Assembly (NCBI GenBank): GCA_048940925.1
Contig: JBHLOC010000005.1
Span: forward strand, 1 to 16,877
DNA from: Promethearchaeota archaeon
GTDB lineage: Archaea; Asgardarchaeota; Lokiarchaeia; Sigyniarchaeales; SOKP01
Length of the DNA: 16,877 nt
Direction: 5' to 3'
Below the pieces are notes generated by a model that was not told where the DNA came from, ran no database searches, and saw only the letters and a list, made by a program, of their open reading frames with translations. Numbering within the stretch: the stretch's first letter is position 1; each line of letters begins with the position of its first letter. Shown piece by piece: positions 9,194 to 16,683 of this stretch. A program made the position numbers and the translations under genes.

Positions 9194-9877
9194 ATGTCAA
9201 CATTTCTTAATATAAATAAGCAAAAAATCCGTGCTGATAATTTCATTACTATTTTTCTTGTTATAGGATACTTATTTTTTGCTTTATTTTTAAGAATTGA
9301 AGGATTAATGGGCGTTATTGTATATCCATTTGCCGCACTTTTTGCCTTAGGAATTATAAAGATAATTAGTAGTTTAAATAGGAGAAATAGGGGAGAAAAT
9401 AATAGTTTCCGAAAAATCTTAATAGGGCTATTATACATAATTTTTTCTGCAGGTTTCTTATCATTTTTGTTTTCATTTTCAAATGTGACTACTCAAGTTA
9501 TTGTCAATCTGGTTGCTTTTCCTATAACAATCGTTGGTATATCAGCAATTATTAAAGGAATAATAATAAAAGTTTATTCACTGAAATTTCGTATTATAAA
9601 CATAATAATAGGAAATATCACCATAATATTATGTTTTTTTACGTATAGTTCTCCCAACTTTTTACCTAAGAGTTTCTTTCTATTTGATTTAATTGTTCTT
9701 TCAATAGCACTTTTTTTTAATGTTTTAGGGAGAGCAGGAATTTATTTAAGCGAGTTTGGTTTATCATTGTTAAGTTTGAGGAACCTTAAAATCTTTTTTT
9801 ACATTATATCTGATTATTTATTACAAGTGGATGAAAATGGAAATCTTCTTCTAGAAAAAATAGAAGCTACTAAATAG
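9194..9877 (+). CDS. Multi-pass membrane protein of unknown function, tandem paralog 2
   Basis: Homologous over its full length to 8432..9100. ATG 9194 (MSTFLNINKQKIRAD) is a likelier start than the track's TTG at 9188. Confidence 0.8.
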   Translation: MSTFLNINKQKIRADNFITIFLVIGYLFFALFLRIEGLMGVIVYPFAALFALGIIKIISSLNRRNRGENNSFRKILIGLLYIIFSAGFLSFLFSFSNVTTQVIVNLVAFPITIVGISAIIKGIIIKVYSLKFRIINIIIGNITIILCFFTYSSPNFLPKSFFLFDLIVLSIALFFNVLGRAGIYLSEFGLSLLSLRNLKIFFYIISDYLLQVDENGNLLLEKIEATK

Positions 9878-10002
9878 ATAATTTTATAAATTTCGATTAT
9901 TCAAAAATGTAAGAAAAAATAATAAAAATTATATCAAACCTAACTAGTTAATTTAATGTATTAAATTAAAAATTCTCAATTTATAAATAAAACGACTTAA
10001 AT

Positions 10003-11115
10003 ATGACTGATATTCATTTTAATAAAGAAAAAGGTTCTCAATTAAAGTTATTTACCCCAGGACCAGTCTATGTTCCAGAAAGAGTTCTCAAGGAATTAGC
10101 AAAACCAAACGATACTCATAGATCTAAACCATATTCAGAGATGCATCAAATAGTGACAGAAGGTCTTCAAAAATTATTATATACTAAAAATGAGTGTTTA
10201 ATATTTACATCGAGTGCAACAGGTGTTATGGAAGCATGTGTTAGAAATTTAGTGAAAGATGATGAAAAAGCATTATTTTTTTCAATTGGCGCTTTTGGTG
10301 ATAGATGGTATAATATAGGCATTTCAAATGGAAAAGATTCTATTAAAGAAGGAGTGGAATGGGGAAAAGCTATAACCCCTGAATTTGCTCAAGAAGTTTT
10401 GAATAAAAACAAATATTCAGTCGTCTTTATCCAAGCTAATGAAACATCCACAGGAGTATATAACCCTATCGATAAAGTAGTGCCAATAATTAAAGATTAT
10501 GGTGCTTTAGTGTGTGTAGATGCTACTTCTTCAATGGGGGGAGTTAAAGTCGAAGTAGATAAATTAGGAATTGATGTTTGTTTAGCTTCAGTTCAAAAAT
10601 GTTTTGCCTTATCGCCTGGTCTTGCTGTATGTTCTGTTTCAAATAACGCTTTTGAGAAAACAGAACAAGTAAAAAATAGGGGACTATATTTTGATCTTCT
10701 TGAAATGAAAAAAAGAAATGCAAAACACCAAACACCTACCACTCCGCCTATACCTCAAATAAGAGGCCTAAGTGCTCAATTAGATTATATTTTAAATAAA
10801 GAAGGTTTGGAGAAAAGATTCGAGAGACATGAACAACTTGGAAAAAGAACACGGATGTGGGTACGTGACATTAGCCTTGAAATGTTTCCTGAAGAAGGAT
10901 ATGAATCAAATACTGTCTCTACTATAAAGAATTCATTAAATCTTGATATCTCTAAAATGATTTCTATGCTTCTAGATAAAGGTTATAGAATTGTTAATGG
11001 ATATGGAGACCTCGTAAATAGAACGTTCCGAATTGGCCATATGGGAGAGCTAACTCTTAAAAATCTTGAAGATATGTTAAAAGTTCTTACAGATATTATA
11101 ATAGGGTTAAGATGA
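10003..11115 (+). CDS. Class V PLP-dependent aminotransferase (serine-pyruvate/alanine-glyoxylate/archaeal phosphoserine aminotransferase-like)
   Basis: LFTPGP, THRS, SSATGVMEA, NETSTGV, VDATSS, PLP lysine in SVQKCFALSPG, TPTTP and FRIGHMG. Confidence 0.92.
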   Translation: MTDIHFNKEKGSQLKLFTPGPVYVPERVLKELAKPNDTHRSKPYSEMHQIVTEGLQKLLYTKNECLIFTSSATGVMEACVRNLVKDDEKALFFSIGAFGDRWYNIGISNGKDSIKEGVEWGKAITPEFAQEVLNKNKYSVVFIQANETSTGVYNPIDKVVPIIKDYGALVCVDATSSMGGVKVEVDKLGIDVCLASVQKCFALSPGLAVCSVSNNAFEKTEQVKNRGLYFDLLEMKKRNAKHQTPTTPPIPQIRGLSAQLDYILNKEGLEKRFERHEQLGKRTRMWVRDISLEMFPEEGYESNTVSTIKNSLNLDISKMISMLLDKGYRIVNGYGDLVNRTFRIGHMGELTLKNLEDMLKVLTDIIIGLR

Positions 11116-11286
11116 ATGAATGTGGCTAATTACTCTTCGCATTAAATTTACAATTTTTTTTAACATTTTACTTATATTAAACCACATTATTGAAAATAGA
11201 GTTTAATATTAGATCAAAAACTCTTTAAAGATCTATTTACTAAAAAAAATATTCAAAATTAAACAATTGAGAATCATGCGATTGAT

Positions 11287-12219
11287 ATGAAGATATTAAT
11301 CAGTGATAAACTTCAAGAAGAAGGTATAAAAATATTTGAAGATAATGGATTTGAGGTAGTAAAAAAATTTTCTATAACTAAAGAAGAATTAAAAGAAGAA
11401 ATTGGAGATTATGATGGTATTGTAGTTCGTTCACGGACTAAGTTAACTGCTGATGTATTAGAAAATGCCAATAAGTTGAAAGTTATAGGAAGAGCTGGTG
11501 TTGGATTAGATAATGTAGATAGCGAAAAAGCTTCAGAGAAAAATATTGAAGTTTTAAATACACCAGAAGCTCCTGCTGTATCCGTTGCTGAATTCGCATT
11601 AGGATTAATGTTAGCACTTGCTAGAAAAATTTCCTATGCGGATCGTACTACTCATGAAGGAAAATGGAATAAAAATGAATGTTTAGGTTACACATTAAAT
11701 GGAAAAAAACTTGGATTGATAGGTTTTGGAAATATAGCAAAACATTTAGCAAAAATTACAATTGCTATGGGAGCAGATGTTGGAGTTTATTCGAGGTTTA
11801 GCAAGGGTCAAGTAGCTATTGATGAGGCTAAAAAAATGGGGTGTTCAATTTATTCTTCAGTTGAAGATTTATTAAAAGAAGTGCAAATCATCTCATTGCA
11901 TCTTCCTTCTTCACCTCAAACTGTAAATATAATCAATGAGCAAAGAATAAAATTAATGAGAAAAGATGCGATACTTATTAATACGGCAAGAGGCAATTTA
12001 GTTGATGAAAAAGCATTAATTAAAGCATTAAAAGAAAAAGAGATTGCTGGTGCAGCCCTTGATGTGTATCGTGAAGAACCTCTTAAAGACCAAACATTAA
12101 TTAACTGGGATGAGAATCTTATACTCACACCCCACATAGCATCACAAAGTATTGAAAACCAAACTGCTGCAGCTACTATGATTGCAGAAAAAATGTCTAA
12201 TTATCTACAAAAATTTTAA
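11287..12219 (+). CDS. serA: D-3-phosphoglycerate dehydrogenase-like D-2-hydroxyacid dehydrogenase (short form, no ACT domain)
   Basis: VRSRTK, GRAGVGLDNVD, NTPEA..SVAE, GLIGFGNIA, INTARG, LDVYREEP and TPHIAS (Arg/Glu/His triad). 310 aa with no regulatory domain. The exact substrate is uncertain. Confidence 0.8.
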   Translation: MKILISDKLQEEGIKIFEDNGFEVVKKFSITKEELKEEIGDYDGIVVRSRTKLTADVLENANKLKVIGRAGVGLDNVDSEKASEKNIEVLNTPEAPAVSVAEFALGLMLALARKISYADRTTHEGKWNKNECLGYTLNGKKLGLIGFGNIAKHLAKITIAMGADVGVYSRFSKGQVAIDEAKKMGCSIYSSVEDLLKEVQIISLHLPSSPQTVNIINEQRIKLMRKDAILINTARGNLVDEKALIKALKEKEIAGAALDVYREEPLKDQTLINWDENLILTPHIASQSIENQTAAATMIAEKMSNYLQKF

Positions 12220-12248
12220 AAATTTTATTTTTTCATTTTAACTTTATT

Positions 12249-12443
12249 TTAAAAAAATTCTAGACTTTTATCATATATTGATATATTACATTTATCAAAA
12301 ATTTCTAAATTACTCATGACTAATGATAAATATTTAAGTTTTTTTCCTTTCTCAGATTTCCAAATCATATCTAAAATATCACAAATTGCTGTTTGATTCT
12401 TCTCAATATGAAGTGAAAGCATACCTATGATATACTCTATCAT
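12249..12443 (-). CDS. Small hypothetical protein (64 aa; 74 aa if started at 12473)
   Basis: MIEYIIGMLSLHIEKNQTAICDILDMIWKSEKGKKLKYLSLVMSNLEIFDK... ATG 12443 lies 8 bp after the stop of the upstream small ORF. No recognisable motif. Confidence 0.35.
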   Translation of the reverse strand: MIEYIIGMLSLHIEKNQTAICDILDMIWKSEKGKKLKYLSLVMSNLEIFDKCNISIYDKSLEFF

Positions 12444-12451
12444 TTTTATTT

Positions 12452-12628
12452 TTAATGTATACTTTCCTCCCATTCAACTTCTACAAATAATTGTATTTTT
12501 CCAGAATCATTATCTTCGTATATTGCTTCAAATTTGTATATTCTATCTTCCCATTCATCAGGCCAGACCTTTCTGAAGTCTAGAACGATTTCCTCACTCT
12601 TCTCAGAAATAATAATTTTTTCTTTCAT
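12452..12628 (-). CDS. Small acidic hypothetical protein (58 aa)
   Basis: Not in the track. MKEKIIISEKSEEIVLDFRKVWPDEWEDRIYKFEAIYEDNDSGKIQLFVEVEWEESIH*. ATG start, purine-rich coding-like codons, protein-like composition. Confidence 0.6.
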   Translation of the reverse strand: MKEKIIISEKSEEIVLDFRKVWPDEWEDRIYKFEAIYEDNDSGKIQLFVEVEWEESIH

Positions 12629-12750
12629 GCGTTCACTAAAATGTTAAGAAAGAGTTTTTGTATAAAAAATTTTGTTTTGTGTTAATAATATTTTATTTTT
12701 GCACACAAATTTAAACTAAACAAATGAGGGAAAAGTTTCTGAAGATAGCT

Positions 12751-13950
12751 TTATCCAGATAAATCATGAAGGATTAATCCAGATAATACCTTAGGATCAA
12801 ACCAAGTAGATTTAGGGGGCATTACTCCACCATCATCAGCTATCGATTCTAAATCTCTTATATTAACTGGATATAAGTTAATAAATAAATCATTTCCTTT
12901 TTCAATGATATATTTTTCCATTTCTCTTGGATCTTGTATACCTCCCACAAAGAAAAGATTCTCATCAGAGCGAGGATTAATAATTCCTAAAATTGGATTT
13001 AAAATATTATCTTGAAGAATCGCTACATCTAAGGAATCTCGTTTAGTTTTAAATTTTTTGTCTTTTAAAGTAAGCTTATACCATATACCTTTTAAGCAAA
13101 TGGCAATTTCATTTTTCTTTTTTGGATTAAATGCATTTTCCATTGATTTAACTTTAAATTTATTTTCCAATTTCTTTAAGAATTCAGTTTCACTTAATGG
13201 AAGTTTTTTAATTACTCTATTATAAGATAATATCCGAATCTGATCATCAGAAGCGGTGTATGTTAATAAAAATTGCCAAGGAGCTTCGAAATTTTCGTTT
13301 ATGTCTGACTTTTGCAATTGTATCTTACGGTACTCAGCAGCACTTGCAGCTCTGTGATGTCCATCAGCGATATATACTTTTTTATTCCTAAATAAATCCT
13401 TTAATTTTTGAATGGTTTGGATATTAGTCTCTTGCCATAAAATATGATTATAACCATACTTTTTAAAATTAAACTTTGGTTTCTTTTCTTTGATTTGTTC
13501 GATTAGATTATTAATCTTCTTATCAGTTTGGAATACTGTCCATACCAATCCTGCTGCTACATTTGTTGCGACAATATGACTTGTTCTATCTTTAAGAGGT
13601 TTTTCACGGGTGAATTCGTGCTTCACAATCATTTCATCTTCATAATCTTGAAGAGATATTCCAATAATTAATCCTTGGTGGCTGAAATCGACTGATTCTT
13701 GACGATATACAAATATACTAGGTATTTTTTCTTGAACAATGACTTTTCTTTCTTTAAAATCTATATATGATTTTGAAGCATTTTCATAGATTTCATCCCC
13801 TTCTCCATCAGGTAAAATTAAATGGATCAACGAATTTGGGTTTTTTTTTAGTTCATATTCTTCGTCTTCACTAATTACATCATATGGATTAGTGCAAAAC
13901 TCTTCAGGATTTAAAGGAATAAAGGGCGTTAGTGGAGATATAGTTACCAT
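12751..13950 (-). CDS. DUF1015 family protein (ParB/Srx-like DGHHR motif)
   Basis: PYDVIS, KHEFT...KDR, YIADGHHRAASA, ILSYNRV, LDVAILQ and MPPKSTWFDPK are characteristic of DUF1015. Confidence 0.9.
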   Translation of the reverse strand: MVTISPLTPFIPLNPEEFCTNPYDVISEDEEYELKKNPNSLIHLILPDGEGDEIYENASKSYIDFKERKVIVQEKIPSIFVYRQESVDFSHQGLIIGISLQDYEDEMIVKHEFTREKPLKDRTSHIVATNVAAGLVWTVFQTDKKINNLIEQIKEKKPKFNFKKYGYNHILWQETNIQTIQKLKDLFRNKKVYIADGHHRAASAAEYRKIQLQKSDINENFEAPWQFLLTYTASDDQIRILSYNRVIKKLPLSETEFLKKLENKFKVKSMENAFNPKKKNEIAICLKGIWYKLTLKDKKFKTKRDSLDVAILQDNILNPILGIINPRSDENLFFVGGIQDPREMEKYIIEKGNDLFINLYPVNIRDLESIADDGGVMPPKSTWFDPKVLSGLILHDLSG

Positions 13951-14008
13951 AATATTAAATAAAAGGTGTAAGCTCTTATATTAATTTCTATTGGTAGATT
14001 CTCGATCC

Positions 14009-14584
14009 TTATATTTTATATCCTTCTATTTTTAATAATTGTTTTTTGAGATTTGTCTCCCAATTTTTATCTGATTTTCCCATAAAGCCGCCAATTTCGC
14101 CATTTTTTCTTATAACGCGATGACAAGGAATAATTAAGGGTATTGGATTTGACTTACAAACATTTCCTATAGCTCTATATGCTTTTGAACCAATTTCATT
14201 ACCTATATTTGAGTATGTCGTAGTCTCACCATATTTCAGATCTGTGATTTTTTTAATAACATCTTGAGAAAACTTAGTTGAAAATTTTTCTTGTAGATCT
14301 ATTTCGATGTTTAATTCACTGAGCTTAATGTAAAAATTGATAATTTCACCTGACAGGTATTTCTTGATTAGAACTATTAAATTTTTAATATTAGTTTTCG
14401 AGAATATATCCATATCTTCTAATAATTTAAGTTTCTCTCGTTTAATAAAAGCAACAACATTTTTCTTGGTCTTGAAAAAATTAATTTCCTTTAGTTTTAC
14501 TTTCTCTTGTTTATTTAGGAAGTCAAAAGAGATTTGAATAAATACATTTAATATGTTAGTGAAAAAATAAAATGCAAATACCAT
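14009..14584 (-). CDS. ogt: Methylated-DNA--protein-cysteine methyltransferase
   Basis: YGETTTYS, AYRAIGNVCKSNPIPLIIPCHRVI active site, GGFMG and KKQLLKIEG. Confidence 0.95.
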   Translation of the reverse strand: MVFAFYFFTNILNVFIQISFDFLNKQEKVKLKEINFFKTKKNVVAFIKREKLKLLEDMDIFSKTNIKNLIVLIKKYLSGEIINFYIKLSELNIEIDLQEKFSTKFSQDVIKKITDLKYGETTTYSNIGNEIGSKAYRAIGNVCKSNPIPLIIPCHRVIRKNGEIGGFMGKSDKNWETNLKKQLLKIEGYKI

Positions 14585-14763
14585 TTTTCACCTTACGATT
14601 AATTGTCATATAGATCAAATAAAAACCGCATTTTCGAAAATTATATAAAATTAGTCTTTCATAATAGTTATAATTTTATATTAAAAAAATTACTAAATTT
14701 AATAACTACGTAAAGGTACTTTTCATTTTATTTTAAATTATAAACCAAGAGTAAATTAGCCAT

Positions 14764-15768
14764 ATGTCAAAAGATTTAAGAGACGTGTTAGATAACATTG
14801 AATCTAGTGAAAAGAAAACCGCTATATTACAATCAAAAGTTGATAAATTAACAGCATTAGTAGATCGTCAGAAAAAAATAGTGAGTGAACAAGAGGCGAT
14901 AATCGAGGAACAAAAAGCAAAAATTTCTAAAATGAGTGATATACCAGAGGATATTTTAGAATTAAAAGAATTAATCGGAGTTCAACGGCAACAACTCAAT
15001 GAAAAAGAGCTTGAATTAGAATATAGTAAGGCTGAAGTGGCCCAAGCCCAAAAAGAACTAGAATTAGTTAAAAAACAAATTGAGCCAAGTCAAAAAAAAT
15101 TAGAAGAGTCATATGAAAATATAGGAAATTTAAGAGCTGAGCTGGCTGAAAAAAATTCTGAAATACTATTAAAAAATGAGGAGATTAAAGCTTTTCAAAA
15201 TAAAATACAAGAATTAGAAGCTTTCACTGATAAATTTAAAGAAGAACAAGTTAGGATTATCTCAGAAATGGAAGAAAAACATCGAAAAGAAACACAAGAT
15301 TTAAAAGCAGAAATAGGAAAACTAGATTCAATCTTGCTTGATAGTAAGTTAATTACAACTGAAAAAGATTCTGAAGCTAAAGATGCAGTTTCCAGGATGG
15401 AAAGAATGAAGCAAAATTATGAAGATTTAATTAATAAAGTAGGCGAATTAAATGATAAAAATAGAGAAGCAAATGAAAAAATTGAGCATTTGAATTCTAA
15501 AATTAAAGATATCCAAGAGTTCCAAAAAGCTAATGTCGAAAAAATCCATTTCTATGATAAACTAAAACCATTAATGGAAAAAGAATTACTTTTTAAGACT
15601 TTTTTAATAGTTGAAGAAGTAGGGGCTATACCTTTAGAAGATCTTCAAAAAGCACTTGCTATACCTATTGTAACTGTGAAAAAGCATGTAAAACAATTAG
15701 AAGATGTTAATCTAATCGAAGTTAATGAACAAGGAAAAATAACTGTAAAACAAGTCGAAGATACATAA
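14764..15768 (+). CDS. Long coiled-coil protein with C-terminal winged-helix-like domain
   Basis: About 270 aa of E/K/Q/L heptad-rich sequence, then FKTFLIVEEVGAIPLEDLQKALAIPIVTVKKHVKQLEDVNLIEVNEQGKITV (HTH plus beta wing). No Walker A motif. Confidence 0.75.
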   Translation: MSKDLRDVLDNIESSEKKTAILQSKVDKLTALVDRQKKIVSEQEAIIEEQKAKISKMSDIPEDILELKELIGVQRQQLNEKELELEYSKAEVAQAQKELELVKKQIEPSQKKLEESYENIGNLRAELAEKNSEILLKNEEIKAFQNKIQELEAFTDKFKEEQVRIISEMEEKHRKETQDLKAEIGKLDSILLDSKLITTEKDSEAKDAVSRMERMKQNYEDLINKVGELNDKNREANEKIEHLNSKIKDIQEFQKANVEKIHFYDKLKPLMEKELLFKTFLIVEEVGAIPLEDLQKALAIPIVTVKKHVKQLEDVNLIEVNEQGKITVKQVEDT

Positions 15769-15858
15769 AACTTCAAGATTTACTCAGTATAAAAAAGATT
15801 TTTAAAAATAATTACTAATTTCTATTAGATATTAAAAAACAAGAACAAGAATCTTTCC

Positions 15859-16236
15859 TTATACTTTTGCTAATTGTTCATATAATCTAGGCAAGACATC
15901 CTTAAATGTATCATCCGGAATTTTTTCAAGAATTTCAGCTGCAATGGTTTTCAAAATTTCTCTATATTTTCCAGGTTTTTCATCCCGACGAAGTAATAAG
16001 GCAACTACATAATTCTCTACAGATATAAAATCTTGTCCTACACCTGAGAAGAAAGAAACTACTTTATTATTTTTAAGAGCGATACTCGCAAAACCAGGTT
16101 TAAGAGATTGATAACGGTGTGAACTATAAACCTGCGTCAGTAAGTTGTTTGTGATCTTTAATGTATTCGGATAAAAGCCTTCATTTATTGGGCCAATTTC
16201 ATTATCCCAACGAATTACAAGAATCCCTACAGGCAT
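15859..16236 (-). CDS. Stand-alone uDENN/longin-like domain protein
   Basis: 125 aa. The N-terminal ILVIRWDNEIGPINEGFYP fits the uDENN/NPR2-type hairpin (hhhxF/WDxxxGPxhxxxYP), followed by a helix, three strands and two helices (longin topology). Confidence 0.65.
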   Translation of the reverse strand: MPVGILVIRWDNEIGPINEGFYPNTLKITNNLLTQVYSSHRYQSLKPGFASIALKNNKVVSFFSGVGQDFISVENYVVALLLRRDEKPGKYREILKTIAAEILEKIPDDTFKDVLPRLYEQLAKV

Positions 16237-16460
16237 AATATTATACCATCTAAATTATATAATGTAAAACAAAAACCAAATTTTATTGGTAGACTTTTAA
16301 GAATTATATCTATGTTATTATTTTAATATTTTTCAATTATTTATTTCTTATTGTTTTTATATATTTTCTATCCACTCATTACCCTATTTACCAAAGTAAA
16401 ATTTAAATTAAAATTATTACTTTGATTTATTGTTCCCCCCTAAAAGCTTACTTCAAATAA

Positions 16461-16476
16461 AATAAAGCTTTTAAAA
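16461..16476 (+). promoter_or_regulatory. Putative BRE/TATA box of the tRNA gene
   Basis: A-rich AATAAAGC followed by TTTTAAAA (16469-16476), 25-32 nt upstream of the mature tRNA 5' end. This is weak evidence in such AT-rich DNA. Confidence 0.45.
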
Positions 16477-16524
16477 GAAAAACAGCTATTTTTAAGCATT
16501 GGAGGGGTTACCGAGTTTGGTCAA

Positions 16525-16576
16525 TTTGATCAGGTCAATCAAGGTCTTAAAATGCTCTTGTACGGGTCAAGACTAT
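16525..16576 (+). other. tRNA intron 1 (52 nt, D-loop, position 21/22)
   Basis: Central helix GGTC/GACT, bulges AA|T and AT|A, intron helix TTGATC/GGTCAA. Confidence 0.88.
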
Positions 16577-16604
16577 AGGTGCTGGACTTAAGATCCAGTG
16601 GCAA

Positions 16605-16632
16605 TTCGTCAGCATTTTGCTGAAGAGCCAAA
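16605..16632 (+). other. tRNA intron 2 (28 nt, loop of the variable arm)
   Basis: Central helix TGGC/GCCA, bulges AA|T and AA|A, intron helix TC/GA plus the hairpin TCAGCA-TTT-TGCTGA. Confidence 0.8.
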
Positions 16633-16651
16633 AGGCCTTCGTGAGTTCGAA

Positions 16652-16683
16652 TCCTGCTTAACCACTTCGGTGACAGCAGAAAG
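16652..16683 (+). other. tRNA intron 3 (32 nt, T-loop, position 59/60)
   Basis: The T stem acts as outer helix; central helix TTCG/AGAA (3 bp plus a G.A), cut sites AA|T and AG|T. The internal hairpin TGCT..CAC-TTCG-GTG..AGCA ends in a C-UUCG-G tetraloop. Confidence 0.85.

Noticed and set aside
9184-14537. Track ORFs 9184..9438, 10544..10735, 11916..12137 and 14337..14537
   Set aside because: Antisense shadows of the membrane protein, aminotransferase, SerA-like and ogt genes.
14764-15768. SMC/Rad50 call for the coiled-coil protein
   Set aside because: No Walker A/B, signature motif, hinge or zinc hook, and it is too short.
16652-16683. Nested intron within intron 3 (TGCT/AGCA helix, 16661-16680)
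   Set aside because: Removing it leaves a worse outer splice motif than the single 32-nt intron model.
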